64,000 nucleotides of DNA from Perkinsela sp. CCAP 1560/9 (taxonomy: Eukaryota; Protista; Euglenozoa: Kinetoplastea). Every line of letters begins with the position of its first letter. Positions within the stretch are counted from its first letter, which is position 1. Below are positions 33,515-44,786 of this stretch, one piece after another. The stretch spans positions 372,001-436,000 of the forward strand of contig CBFFSA010000011.1 in assembly GCA_965644495.1 (NCBI GenBank), read 5' to 3'. The translations under genes were made by a program, and so were the position numbers. A model generated the notes under the pieces. The model searched no databases. It was given only the letters and a program-made list of their open reading frames with translations, and was not told the DNA's origin.

Positions 33515-34003
33515 ATGTCGTCTTCCAACGCCGATCCTCATGATTACTTTACCCAACTCACTACAGAGTTGGTATCGCTCGACGAAATACCCCCGAAACT
33601 TCATCCCTTCTCTGTCTCCAGTGCTTTTCCTGAGACAATAACAGGATGCAAGGCTTTGCTACTGCTGCACTACAATCGTCTACTCGCCTATCGTGGCTGC
33701 GCAGTACTCACACGTGAGAGGGAACTTATGAAAGCCATGCGAAACGGTTCGGTTGCCTCCCGAGATGAGATTCAACAATGGGTGGAGAGTTATCACACTC
33801 GAGAGATTGACTCACAGTCCATGGAACAGCCAGAGGTAGATGAGATTACACAAGCAAGCGCAAGCAAAATGGATAGAAATATCAACTGGGAAGTGCCTAA
33901 AACGTTGCGAGAAATTGATAATGCGCTTGCTCATCTCCGATACCTGTTAGATGCCGCAATTAAGCTGGAGGGGCCCAGAAAGGGGCTCGCGAAAAGCAAG
34001 TAA
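33515..34003 (+). CDS. Hypothetical protein (weak resemblance to GINS Psf1)
   Basis: 162-aa ATG ORF on the coding strand; CKALLLLHYNRLL is only loosely like Psf1 KRCLLAY..RL. Confidence 0.5.
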   Translation: MSSSNADPHDYFTQLTTELVSLDEIPPKLHPFSVSSAFPETITGCKALLLLHYNRLLAYRGCAVLTRERELMKAMRNGSVASRDEIQQWVESYHTREIDSQSMEQPEVDEITQASASKMDRNINWEVPKTLREIDNALAHLRYLLDAAIKLEGPRKGLAKSK

Positions 34004-34202
34004 ACTAACTTACAGTGTCAAATCTGGCTTCATGCCGAAATCCCGTCGTTGGTTGTTTGAAATTGTTTTTTTCGAATCTCTTTTCTCCACTCTGTGAGAG
34101 CTCATCGGCGATTACTCCGCAGTTAACGTCACATACCGACTTCCAACAGCCATATTGAATTAAAAGATCATCTCCTACAACCGCATCCTTCTTATTTTAT
34201 AG

Positions 34203-35540
34203 ATGCGATTTTTACGAGCCTCCTTTCTCTCTAACCCCTCTTACCTCCTTCCCCCCATGTTCCGCTTCCTTCGACATTTTCATTCCCCCTCCATTTTTCC
34301 CGCACTCCCCTCCCCTCTCCCCATTCACCCCACACTCCCCGACACGGACCCACAAAATCCCGAACACCTCGACGACGACGACGACATCTTTTCTTACCCC
34401 ACAAACTCTACCGCGTATCTTCGCGAGTCGGATGCTAAAATGTCTCCCCCCTCTTTTTCTTCTTCTTCTTCTTCTTCCAGCGAAAACAAAAATGCAACCG
34501 GAAAGAAAAAATACAATCCTCTCACGGCACGTCTTCAATGGTACGCGGCGCTTAACAACGCTGAGGACCTTGTAACGCCTGGGGGAATCCATCAGTGCCT
34601 TGAACGTGCAGAAAAGAGGCCATCACTTTCGGGTTCCGAGGCCCATCACACGGAATACGGCAACCCCCATCCGTTTCCGCACTATTACGGCATCGATGGG
34701 TTTACCTCTCCGGGGTTTTGTATTGCCGAGACCCACGCGGACCCCAGCCAGGGGTTTTGTCTCTCGATGGCTTATCTCCCGAAACAAGCCACCGTGGAGA
34801 TGCGCTATTTGCCGCAGAAAGCAAAGTTCGCCCCCGCGGTGGGGCTACGGAGAATACAAGACGACCGTGGAGAACGGTTTAAGGAGGACAGTGAAGCCTA
34901 TCTGGGGAGGGGGGAGGAAAAAGGGAGAAACACCTGCGAACTGGTGATTGAACCCAGCGATCCCGGAGCCCCCGAATTTGACCCGCGACGGATGATGTAT
35001 AAAAGAATTCATCCGATTTGTGTGGCGAAAATAATAGCGGTGGTGGAAAATCGCATTCCCGAGATGGAATTTCGGAACTTCGATAAAGAGGTTCGTGTAG
35101 CGTTTTGGAAGATGAGGGAAAACGGTTTTGCGCTGTTTCTGGCAGGGAACCAGATGCGACTTCCCGGAGCGCCTCATATTGAGACCACATTGACGTTTGA
35201 AGGCGAACATGTCACACAGTTACATCAGTTTCTAATCAATGCGCTCATAGCTAGTTTTAGCCGATCGGAGGGTGGGGTAAAACTCCCAGAGCTTCGCACA
35301 CGCGCACAGTTGCGGCAGTCCGCAATGGAAAAATTTGGATCTTGTCTGTTTTGTAAGGCGAAGGGTCACTATGAGAGCATGTGTCCGATACGAGAGAGAG
35401 TTCACAAGTGTGTGTATTGTTCGCAGGAAGGGCACTACGAGGCGCGCTGCCCTAGATGTAAGATATGCAGTCACTGTCGGCAGCGGGGTCACGGGTCACA
35501 GGATTGTCCGCTGAACGTGTGGTTCGGCGCAGCAAACTAG
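34203..35540 (+). CDS. MRP1/gBP21-like mitochondrial guide-RNA-binding protein with three C-terminal CCHC zinc knuckles
   Basis: Presequence-like N-terminus (MRFLRAS / MFRFLRHF). Central DPSQG, YLPQ, PEFDPRR, ENRIP and LHQFLINALIASF follow the MRP1 motif order as I recall it. Knuckles: CLFCKAKGHYESMC, CVYCSQEGHYEARC, CSHCRQRGHGSQDC. Confidence 0.75.
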   Translation: MRFLRASFLSNPSYLLPPMFRFLRHFHSPSIFPALPSPLPIHPTLPDTDPQNPEHLDDDDDIFSYPTNSTAYLRESDAKMSPPSFSSSSSSSSENKNATGKKKYNPLTARLQWYAALNNAEDLVTPGGIHQCLERAEKRPSLSGSEAHHTEYGNPHPFPHYYGIDGFTSPGFCIAETHADPSQGFCLSMAYLPKQATVEMRYLPQKAKFAPAVGLRRIQDDRGERFKEDSEAYLGRGEEKGRNTCELVIEPSDPGAPEFDPRRMMYKRIHPICVAKIIAVVENRIPEMEFRNFDKEVRVAFWKMRENGFALFLAGNQMRLPGAPHIETTLTFEGEHVTQLHQFLINALIASFSRSEGGVKLPELRTRAQLRQSAMEKFGSCLFCKAKGHYESMCPIRERVHKCVYCSQEGHYEARCPRCKICSHCRQRGHGSQDCPLNVWFGAAN

Positions 35541-35997
35541 TACACCGACGTACCGTATCAAATGCAATCATTATGTAACAGGTTGCGTTACGGGAACCCG
35601 TCAGTGGTATCGTGCGGTGCAATCCGGTAATACAATATGGGACGCCGTATTTTACCTTCAGTGGGATAGTTTCGGCAATCACCCTGGTTGACCCCGGTTG
35701 TGTCCAGAGTAGAAAAGTCCGGATCAAGGTCGCATTTTGAGTGAGGTCTCTCCCTCGTGGTCTCTTTTTTAAAATCGTGGTGTGTGTTCTGTCCTTCATC
35801 CGGGCGTCTTCCTTGAACATCTCAACTACATAACTTTGTCCATATGAAACTCACAAAATATAGTATATTTTTAATCTCACACAAGATGCTGAGCACAATG
35901 AAACAAAAACTTTCTCATTACCATCTCAGCTCCACAAAAACAAAACTTTCTAGGCCTTTTTATCTTCCTCCTCTCCCTTCCCACCAGCCCCCCCCCC

Positions 35998-37923
35998 ATG
36001 TTCTCTCGCTGCCTTCGTCGTCTCTGCGCCGTCCCCCTGGACCCCTCCTACACCGCCATGAATTTTCTTCAAACACCCAAAACGCTTTGCAAAGGGGCAA
36101 GAGCAGCCAAGGAGGTCTGCACCCAGCTCTACCAGCTCCTGGAGAAGCCCCTAACGCCGCAGCACCGACACGACGTGCTGGACTCCATGTCGAACACGCT
36201 TTGCTTGGTGCTGGACCCATGTGAGTTTGTGCGGCACATGCACCCGGGGAAGGCGTATAAGGAAGGCGCCCAGGAAGCGTTCTCAGAGGCCCACACGTTC
36301 ATGTGTGAACTCAACACCAGCGCGTTTCTCTACGAGCAGTTGTTGATTGTAACCAAGCCTGAGGCGTTTGCCACGCTGGACTCAGAATCGAAGAAAAATA
36401 TTGTCCAACTGAAACGGGATATGGAATCCAATGGCATTCACCTCCCCGAGAGTCAGCGTAAAGAAGTGATGGAGTTGAATTGTGAGCGCGAGGAGATCGC
36501 GGCGCTTTTTCTACAAAAAGAAGGTCAGCAAAATCCCATAGGGACGTTACGGAAGCTGCTGTTGTGTCGTCGGGCCTTAGCAAAGCGGCTGGAGTTTGAT
36601 AGTTTTGCGGCGCAACAACTGCGGGGCACGATTCTGGACTCCCAGGAGAAAGTGTGGCACTTTTTATGTGCGGTCTCTCATAAGTATTGGCCCCAGGCGG
36701 TAAAGGAAATTGAATTTCTTCGCACGCTTCAGGGAAATGCGAAATGAACCCAGGAGTTTACAGATGACGCCCGAGCCATGACTTCGCATAGCTATCGACG
36801 CCGGGAGGATGCTCTTCATCTGGAGGAATACTTTAGCGTGGCGAATTGTTGGAAAGGGATTGAGATTCTGTGTGCAGAGGTTTTCGGGCTCACGTTACGT
36901 GAGCTGCCGATGCCTGCCCATGAGCGGTACCACCCGGAGGTGCAAAAATTTGCCGTGATGCATGACACAGAGGGGTTTATGGGGACCATCGTGGTTGATT
37001 TGTTTAGCCGCCCGGATAAAGGGTGCCAGGCTGGGCATATGACCGTACAACTGGGTTGTCGCCCACACGCAGGGGTGATGGAACAAATTGGAGTCAAGGT
37101 CCCTCCTCGACAGTTTCCAATAGTGGTGCTAACCTGCAACGCAGGTAGTGTCTCTCTACCCCAGCGTAATCCCGATGGTACCTGCAACCGGGAGACCACT
37201 CGGATGCACGCCCATGAGGTGACAACGCTGTTTCACGAATTCGGCCACGCCGTGCATAGTATCTTTGGTCAAACTACGGTGCAGAACCTCGCGGGAACCC
37301 GCAGCAGTATTGACTTTGTCGAGACTTTTAGTCAGCTGTTTGAGCTTTTTATCAGCTCCCCACAGTTTGTGCAGCGTTTCGCAAAGAATATGCAAGGGGA
37401 GCCGATTCCTCGAGAAAAAGTGGAGAAATACGCGGAGATACGAAACCAGCTCCGGGCGTGTGACATTATGGATCAAGTCGTGATGTCGGGGATTGACCAG
37501 GCCGTACATGGGCCACAGCCTATCGCGACGTATTTCCCCAAGCCCGGGAGTAGAAAAGGGGAACTTGCGAAACTCGTTATCGGCCATTTTGATGATTTTG
37601 GGGAGGGCATTTTGGATATGGCAAAGTTGATGGTGCAGATCGGTAAGCCACTGAGCCCAATAGTCCCAACCGAAAAGGGTGTCCTGCGTTCCCTGTCGAC
37701 CGAGCACATGGCGTCCTATCCTGCGACTTACTACGGTTACCTCTACAGCGCAGTATTTGCACGACGTATCTGGGATAAGTTTTTTAGTCGCAATCCTCTA
37801 AGCCGAGAGGAAGGCGACCGGCTACGTAAAGAGGTACTGAGCTACGGAGCCGATTGCGATCCACGACTAACTCTACAAGAATATTTGAAGGAGGATTTGG
37901 ATAATTTGGAGGTTTGGGTATGA
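35998..37923 (+). CDS. MIP: Mitochondrial intermediate peptidase (M3 family) interrupted by one in-frame TGA at 36745-36747
   Basis: DSMSNTLCLVLDPCEFVR.MHP, DMESNGIHL, EYFS, DLFSRPDK, TLFHEFGHAVH, DFVE, Y.ATYYGY. The two ORF-track segments are in the same frame (offset 780). Confidence 0.88.
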
Positions 37924-38243
37924 GCATTTCAGAGGGCTACCTTTCCGTAATCTAATCTACTTTTCTATATTTGAATGAGTATTTAAAAAGTCGTTTTCAG
38001 GAAGAAGTGGTTTTCTTCAAATGTTTTTTTCAGCTGAATTCCATCCAATACACTCCGTTTTTTTATAAAAATAAGGATACGAGGAACATTCACTTTTTCA
38101 AACCCTTTTTTCCAACACTCTCATAATTTTGTCCTCTCTTTACCTTAATCGTCATCTTTCCCTCTCTTATCTCAAACTTTAAAACCAAGCTTTTCTTCTT
38201 TTTTATCCAACGCTCTCTTCCCTCTCCACCCTCCCCACTCCCG

Positions 38244-39080
38244 ATGGAAATCGAGTGCAAAGTGATTCTCCCCACCGCCTCCGACGTCTCCGCCCTTCTC
38301 ACCCTCCTCGGTCAACCTCTCGCCGAGGAGCGCCAAGAAAACCATTTCTTCGACTCCCCGGACGACTCGCTTCGTAAAAACCACAGCGCGCTACGGCTGC
38401 GGCGGGTCCACGGCAACCCCCTGGCCGAGTGCTCGCTCAAGGAGGATTCCGAGACCTCCCACGGGACGACACTGCGCTGGGGGACACGAGCCTCGGTTCC
38501 CGAGACCCTCGCGAATGAGATTTTACAACATCCTGATCGTTTGCTATGGGAAGAGGCCGAGACCCAAACCGAGAAACTAAAAAAGGTACAAAGTACGAAT
38601 AAAAAAGAGACCGACGTGGAAGGCAGTAAGGAAGCACAGCATGAGGGTAACGAACAACAGGTTGAAAAGGACAGTCTGAAGCAGAAGCGTAGTATGGCTG
38701 CCGTGCCTACCCAGAATCCGGTCAGCACGGTGTTACGTTCCAAGTACCAGATCGAGACGCTTCACTACCTTGGGGGGTTTCGTAACTACCGTCGGGTGTT
38801 TGCGTACCCCAATCCGGTGGTCCAGCCCCACGGGTTGTTAGTCAAGCTCGATGAGGTCACGTTCCCGTTTCATACTTCCCTGTTCGAGGTGGAGGTCTCC
38901 GGGATTGTGGTCCCGATGGGAGATGTGCTGGAGGAGTTTTGTACACGGCTCCAAGAGGCCAACGTGGGGTATCGTAAAAGTGAGGGGTCGAAATATGAAA
39001 CGTTTGTCAAGGGAAAGGCGAACGCCATGATGTCGTGTGATATTCGGAACACGGAGACGTCGCAAGGGGCAACGAAATAG
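38244..39080 (+). CDS. CYTH / triphosphate tunnel metalloenzyme
   Basis: MEIECK (ExExK), QENHFFD, ALRLR, LGGFRNYR, LDE, FEVEV, SKY. Confidence 0.88.
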   Translation: MEIECKVILPTASDVSALLTLLGQPLAEERQENHFFDSPDDSLRKNHSALRLRRVHGNPLAECSLKEDSETSHGTTLRWGTRASVPETLANEILQHPDRLLWEEAETQTEKLKKVQSTNKKETDVEGSKEAQHEGNEQQVEKDSLKQKRSMAAVPTQNPVSTVLRSKYQIETLHYLGGFRNYRRVFAYPNPVVQPHGLLVKLDEVTFPFHTSLFEVEVSGIVVPMGDVLEEFCTRLQEANVGYRKSEGSKYETFVKGKANAMMSCDIRNTETSQGATK

Positions 39081-39489
39081 GGAAGGGGTCTACCGATTTA
39101 TGGGACAATGATCTGGATAGGAAAAATAAAGAGGAGGCTTTTCAAAGATTTTGCAGAGAGTCTGTATTATACTTTTTATGTGAGAAAAAAGGTACGGAAA
39201 TAGTTGAAGAACACTATATTTTTTTGGAGAAACGAGTTTGTTTCTTTTTAAAATTGGCGTTGCAATGCACAAGAAATATCAAAGCGCACAACGAAGTTGC
39301 GTGCTTCTACATCAAGCTTCTATGTACTGTATGTGTTGCACCGGAGATACACATGAGCTTGTAGATCTTGGTGACATCATTTTGCAATGTATCAAACGCC
39401 AGAATGTTCTTGAAGGAAGCATATTAAACAAATAATACGCTATAGCACATATTTTGTGTCCATGTTTCAATGTTTGAAATAGGAGTATG

Positions 39490-39716
39490 TTATAACTGCT
39501 TTATACAGGCGGGGGCACGGAAACGGACAAGGTCCGCATTTTAGTGTCCTGGTGCCGTTTGAGCTATTTTTTGTTGCAAACGAGAGATCTGGTTCTGAAC
39601 ATCGTGTCTACGCTATTTAGAGCTCGTTTCTACTAATTATATTTTAATTAATTTCCACGCCCCTCCTAACGTTGCTTTTTACCAAAACCGGGTAACACTA
39701 GGATAGGAGGGGAGTA
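39490..39716. repeat. Degenerate DNA-transposon-like repeat fragment
   Basis: Shares AAACGAGAGATCT(G/C)GTTC with about 46523-46540 and ends in CTAGGATAGG...GAGTA, inverted relative to the TATCCTAG family. Confidence 0.45.
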
Positions 39717-40150
39717 AATAAATTATGAGCATACTTTCTAAACCACTGACCGGATTAATGTTTTCATAGGCTCGTAGTATTTCTACCAGAAATATCAAGT
39801 GTCCCAATGGTGCTTAATATTACTACCCCCTGCTCGACGACTATCCGCATCTCTACTTCAGCTCCATACATTTTCGACCCATAAATTCAAAATAAAATTG
39901 TGCTTTTCATGTTAGAATGAAGTTAAATGCATGAAAAGACCCAAAAATAGAAACAAACGACCATAAAAGGAGCGACGTTTTTTGATCGTTTTGTTTCTAA
40001 TTTTTTAATGTTTCTATACCTCGTAATATTACCATACACTCTTAATGTTCCTTCCAGGAATATTAACCCGGACAGTGTTTTATATTCGAAGTCAAATTGT
40101 TTAGTATCTCATAAGTCACAAAACAGTTGCAATAGACAGCGAAACAATTA

Positions 40151-40879
40151 TTGTTTTTTATGGATATCGATTCATCAACCACGAAGCGTGGAAAAGCAAA
40201 AGGCTGCTTACTTCCTATCGAATATAATCTTGTCCGCGTCTTTGAGAAAATAAGAAATCGCGATCCCTCATGGAGTTTGGAAAATCCGCCACGTATGTGG
40301 TCAGGAATTGAATGCAACGCAGAACAACAGCTTATTGCGTTTCGCTGGAATGAATATTATTCTCTTGACGGACCATTGATGTGGGAATTCGTGCCGACTA
40401 CACTTCAGACTATTAGTATCAGTTGTACCTTACTTAGTGGCAGTATACCGTTTGAACAACTTCCTCCAAGGTTGGAAGATTTAAGCCTCTACAGTAACAA
40501 ACTTGTAGGCAGTATTGATCTGACTAGGTTGCCTGTGACACTCTTCAACCTTTTTTTGTGTTCAAACTCCTTCTCCGGAGAGGTAGTGTTGAACGCTCTT
40601 CCTCCTCGGCTATGCCAACTGGACTTATCTGGAAACGATTTCTCGGGTGCACTTGATTTACGAAACCTTCCCGCTTCATTATCCGAACTCTACTTGCACA
40701 ACAACAAGTTTGGGGGATTCTTACACTTTGACAGGCTTCCAGTGGGTTTGAATGCTCTTACGTTGGGAACGAATGAGAATTTGACAGGTACCATTGATGC
40801 TGCGCTGCTTCCCGCATCACTCCCTATCGGCGACATTGACTACAGTGAGACTGGAATTCAACTTCTACTCGAGGGATAA
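40151..40879 (+). CDS. Leucine-rich repeat protein
   Basis: WSGIEC cap; LSLYSNKLVGSIDLTRLP, LDLSGNDFSGALDLRNLP; first ATG at 40160. Confidence 0.85.
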   Translation: MFFMDIDSSTTKRGKAKGCLLPIEYNLVRVFEKIRNRDPSWSLENPPRMWSGIECNAEQQLIAFRWNEYYSLDGPLMWEFVPTTLQTISISCTLLSGSIPFEQLPPRLEDLSLYSNKLVGSIDLTRLPVTLFNLFLCSNSFSGEVVLNALPPRLCQLDLSGNDFSGALDLRNLPASLSELYLHNNKFGGFLHFDRLPVGLNALTLGTNENLTGTIDAALLPASLPIGDIDYSETGIQLLLEG

Positions 40880-40991
40880 TACTCTTAATAGTTCATGAAG
40901 ATGTTTCCTTACGAGTAAAGGAAGAACTTACAATTTCTTTCAAATTTCGCGAATATAGAAAATCTTATACTACAGATATAAATTTGGCATA

Positions 40992-41815
40992 CAGTCAGCA
41001 AAAAAAAAACTTTCGAATGTTTTGATTTTTTTTTCTTTTGTATACAGCCATTGATTAAATATCACTGTTGCGCTGGTAATGTGTGCTAAGTAGTGTAGGC
41101 ATGAGTGTCACCCAACAGCACCCATAGATAGTTCACCTCAGTTCGTTCTACCCAAGAATTAAGAATGAATTTAAAAAAATGTAGCCTTCGAAAGGTTTTT
41201 TTGCCTAACATAAACCAAACCTAACATAAATCACGTACCCGCAAGACCCCTAGCAAGATACAGTTTCTGTACCTTGTGCCCTTCCTTTCTTTTCCCGGAA
41301 AACTTCCGACCACACAACTGGAGACCAGTTGTGCGCTGTCCAGTGCTCATGGGCCGTGGCAAAGTCCATCCGAAGCTTGCGATGGCGCTTGGACAGGTAG
41401 AGCTTTCGGACACGCTTTCTACCTTTGTGTCCGAAACGGTGCATCGAAACTCGGATAGACTGAGGAACAACTTCGGCAACGCTCTCGCGGCGCAGCTGAG
41501 ATGAAACCTCTCGCGCAGAATTGCCAGAGAACACAAGTCGTCGCACACGGCGTGTGCACGGCTCGGAAAGCTTTCGAGGGAGTCCACCCTGCAGAGAGTA
41601 TCAGGCCTTTCTTGTTTTAGTATCATAGAAATTGTTGAGATGCTTAAGTTAACTGTATCAGAGATGGACCTCATAGACACGCCGCTGTCGTACTATTAGG
41701 TGACACTCATGCCTACACTACTAGCACACATTACCAGCGCACCGGTGATATTTATTCAATGACTATATACAAAAGGAAAAGAATTGAAACATTCGAAAGG
41801 TTTTTTTGCTGACTG
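40992..41815 (-). mobile_element. Internally deleted Tc1/mariner transposon with about 120-bp TIRs and TA target duplication
   Basis: TA-CAGTCAGCAAAAA...TTTTTGCTGACTG-TA. Minus-strand fragments SMRSISDTVNLSISTIS (HTH) and GRKRVRKLYLSKRHRKLRMDFATAHEHWTAHNWSPVVWSE (Tc1 motif). Confidence 0.9.
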
Positions 41816-42246
41816 TACATGTGCACCTGCAGGTACACCTGAGAATTATTTTTTACCCGAGAATTATTTTTCTTAAAGTTCCATAATGAATGGGGATTTC
41901 AAAAAATAATAGAAAAGTTTTTATTGGGTTAGAATACGTATGGTGCACTAACTGTAAACAAACTGCGATAAGAATGGCTGTATACTGGTAGAGCTGTATG
42001 ATATAAAGGGCTACATGTACTGAGAAACACAGGTCTTCGAAAGCTAAACCACAGAAAATAAAGTTTATGTTAATGCATTTCGGTTTTCGTTTAATAAGCA
42101 GTTTGCAAGCCAAAGTGGGAACAGAAAAATACTTTCCACATGGCGAATACATGATGTAGAACAGCGAGAATATGTTTTTTTCTTTCCTTTCTTTCTTTCT
42201 TTCTTTTCACTGTAGTTGGTACTTTCTTTCCCCTCATCGATTACCC

Positions 42247-42840
42247 ATGGGACTTTTCGACTGGTTCTGGGACCTCCTCGCCTATCTCGGCTTTGGCGGC
42301 AAGGAGGGGAAGATTTTATTCCTTGGCCTAGACAACGCTGGCAAGACCACGTTGCTGGGGAAACTCACCACGGATGAGATCCACATCCACCGACCCACAC
42401 TTCACCCGAATGTCGAGGACCTCGCGCTTGGGGGAATTAAACTCAAGACATTTGATCTTGGAGGACACGCCGAGGCCCGACGTCTGTGGCGGGATTATTT
42501 CACGCAGTGTGACGCTGTGGTGTTTATGATTGACGCCGCGTGCCCGGAGCGCTTTCCGGAGGTCCGCGCGGAGCTGGAGCAGCTGCTGCAGGCCGAGGAG
42601 CTTCTAACGGCCCCGTTCCTACTTCTGGGGAATAAAATCGACATGGTACATCGTGCGGTGAGTGAGGAGAGTCTGAAACAGGCGCTGGGAGTTACGGGGT
42701 TCACGACCGGAAAAGCAGTAGGTGTGGTCTCGAAAAGGAGCGGGATACGTCCCGTTGAGGTTTTTATGTGTAGTGTGGTGAAACGGACCGGGTACGGGGA
42801 TGGGTTTCGCTGGCTGGCGCAGTATTTAAAAAACGTGTAG
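42247..42840 (+). CDS. SAR1: Small GTPase Sar1 (COPII)
   Basis: MGLFDWF, GLDNAGKTT, PTLHP, FDLGGH.EARRLW.DY, GNKID, EVFMCSV. Confidence 0.97.
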   Translation: MGLFDWFWDLLAYLGFGGKEGKILFLGLDNAGKTTLLGKLTTDEIHIHRPTLHPNVEDLALGGIKLKTFDLGGHAEARRLWRDYFTQCDAVVFMIDAACPERFPEVRAELEQLLQAEELLTAPFLLLGNKIDMVHRAVSEESLKQALGVTGFTTGKAVGVVSKRSGIRPVEVFMCSVVKRTGYGDGFRWLAQYLKNV

Positions 42841-44155
42841 TGCGGTGGGGAAGTGAGTAGGTCTGGAGATAGGGGGTAAATAGCGGGAAGAAAATCATTG
42901 GTCAGGCTTTCCGGAGTGTTTAAAGGAGGCACCCGGAGTCAAGGTATAAACATACGAACCGACTTGCGCTGAACAATGAGTTGTTAATGTTGCTATTTTA
43001 TGCTAATTGGGTTTTATACATGTGCTTAATTTTATTTGGGTCCTCTTTTTATATCCAAGGTTGTGAGAACGTCGCTTGTTCCTGGGTTTGTTTTTATAAT
43101 CTAGTGGCTTCGTTAGACGCGGTGATTGTTTTCAACGTAGAAGTCATTGCAGCTACGCGTTTCGTTGGGAAAATTACCTCCACCTGAACGGAGTGACTAA
43201 AACATGGGCAAGAGAAGCGGAACCACGGGTATTTGAGCCAAAAGTAGGATCAAAGTTAGTATTGTTAAGGAATCGAAGTATCGATTCATATTGCCCTTTT
43301 GGGCAGGTGAACATACATAACATACCCTTATGGGTCTCATGGGTCCGGACCCACCCGGTCCCAGGTCCGTGCGTATCCGGACTCGGGCACACCATAGAGA
43401 CGTTTCTCATACACCGTTTCTCATACAGAGTGTACATGTATCTCGCGTATCGAGAGTGGGTGAAGTAGTTGAAGGACTTCTGCAGTACTGGTATAATGTA
43501 ATACATTGTACCACTAAGGTTGTTCACTACTAAACTACTACACCACTAAGGTTGCTATACATTGTATAGCACATGTGCATGTTTTCACATTAACGGCGTT
43601 ACAGGTTAGCATACTGTGGGGGAGGGGCATGTTATGGTGCTACAGGCATGTTAACTTTTTGAACCTTCGTTTGAAAGTGATCGCACAAAAAATGGTATTG
43701 ACCTTAGTGTGAAATTAAACGCTACAAAACTTTGCTTTAAACTTTACAGCTTTCGAAACTCGCTTACTTCCTCAGGGCTTCCATTATTCCTGACTTGCAC
43801 TTTTGAAATCCACTTTTGTATAGTGCAAACATAGGCTCCTCCATAAAGATACAGTTTCTGTACCTTGTTGGTAAATTTTGCTAGCCCTTCCTTTCTTTTC
43901 CCGGAAACGGGCATACATTTTCCTTTTAAATGCCCGTTTCCGGCTGACGGCTAGCGGAAACTGTCCCTCTTTGTCGTGGAAGTAGGGGACGTACTTCCGA
44001 CTTTTCACCCCTCCCCGGCTCACTCCTTGAGTGAGTTTTCTTCCCTCCCCGGCTTTCTTCTTCTCGCGCCTGTCTCTTCCCGGGAGCTATGCGCCATGGT
44101 GGCCTCCCTTGAGGACCTCCGGGCGTGACTCTGCCTTGCATTATCGCGAGGCAGC

Positions 44156-44300
44156 GGTCGGTTGCAGTGCGCCCCTCCGGCTGCGTAAAGAGATGGTGAG
44201 TTGCCTGGACCACCTCTACCGACTGGGACCGAGTCGGTTGCAGTACGCCCCTCCGGCTGCGTAAAGAGAGGGCGAGTTGCCTGGACCCCCTCTACCGACA
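44156..44300. repeat. Two-copy tandem repeat, 77-bp period
   Basis: GTCGGTTGCAGT(G/A)CGCCCCTCCGGCTGCGTAAAGAGA...GAGTTGCCTGGACC(A/C)CCTCTACCGAC occurs twice. Confidence 0.85.
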
Positions 44301-44786
44301 GAGTCCGTGTCGAACCCCCTTTGGCGACATCCGTTGTGGGCGGATTATGTGCCGATGATATCGGCCGTCGCAGTAAGGGGATTATCTCTGCGCCAAAGAG
44401 CGCATGATAAACAAATGATAAACAAGCGGGTCTGTTGGTACAGTTAGGCTTGGTAAATTAATGACGCTGTTGCTCCACGCAGCTACAACTCCATGCGAAC
44501 CATCGACTCCAATCTTGTGGATTAAGTGCTGCACGAACGCTGCAATTAAGGACAACGAAAGTAATGCACTTCTTAGTAGGAGTAGAAAAATTCATTAGAT
44601 AATAGTCCATTAGGTAACAAAAGCGAAGTTTTATCGAAAAAGGAAGAACTACACTATACAGAATTTCGGGGGGAAAAATTTCCTTTTCACCTTATTTCTT
44701 TACTATCTAGTAGCATGTGGATGAGAAATTAATTCTTTGTAGGATTTTCTTCGTCTTAAAATTTAGTTGATGTTCGGGTACTCCAC

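Noticed and set aside
35998-37923. Genome-wide UGA reassignment (Blastocrithidia-like) or selenocysteine
   Set aside because: Other conserved genes have no in-frame stops, use TGG for Trp and end in TGA; the position is not a catalytic Cys site.
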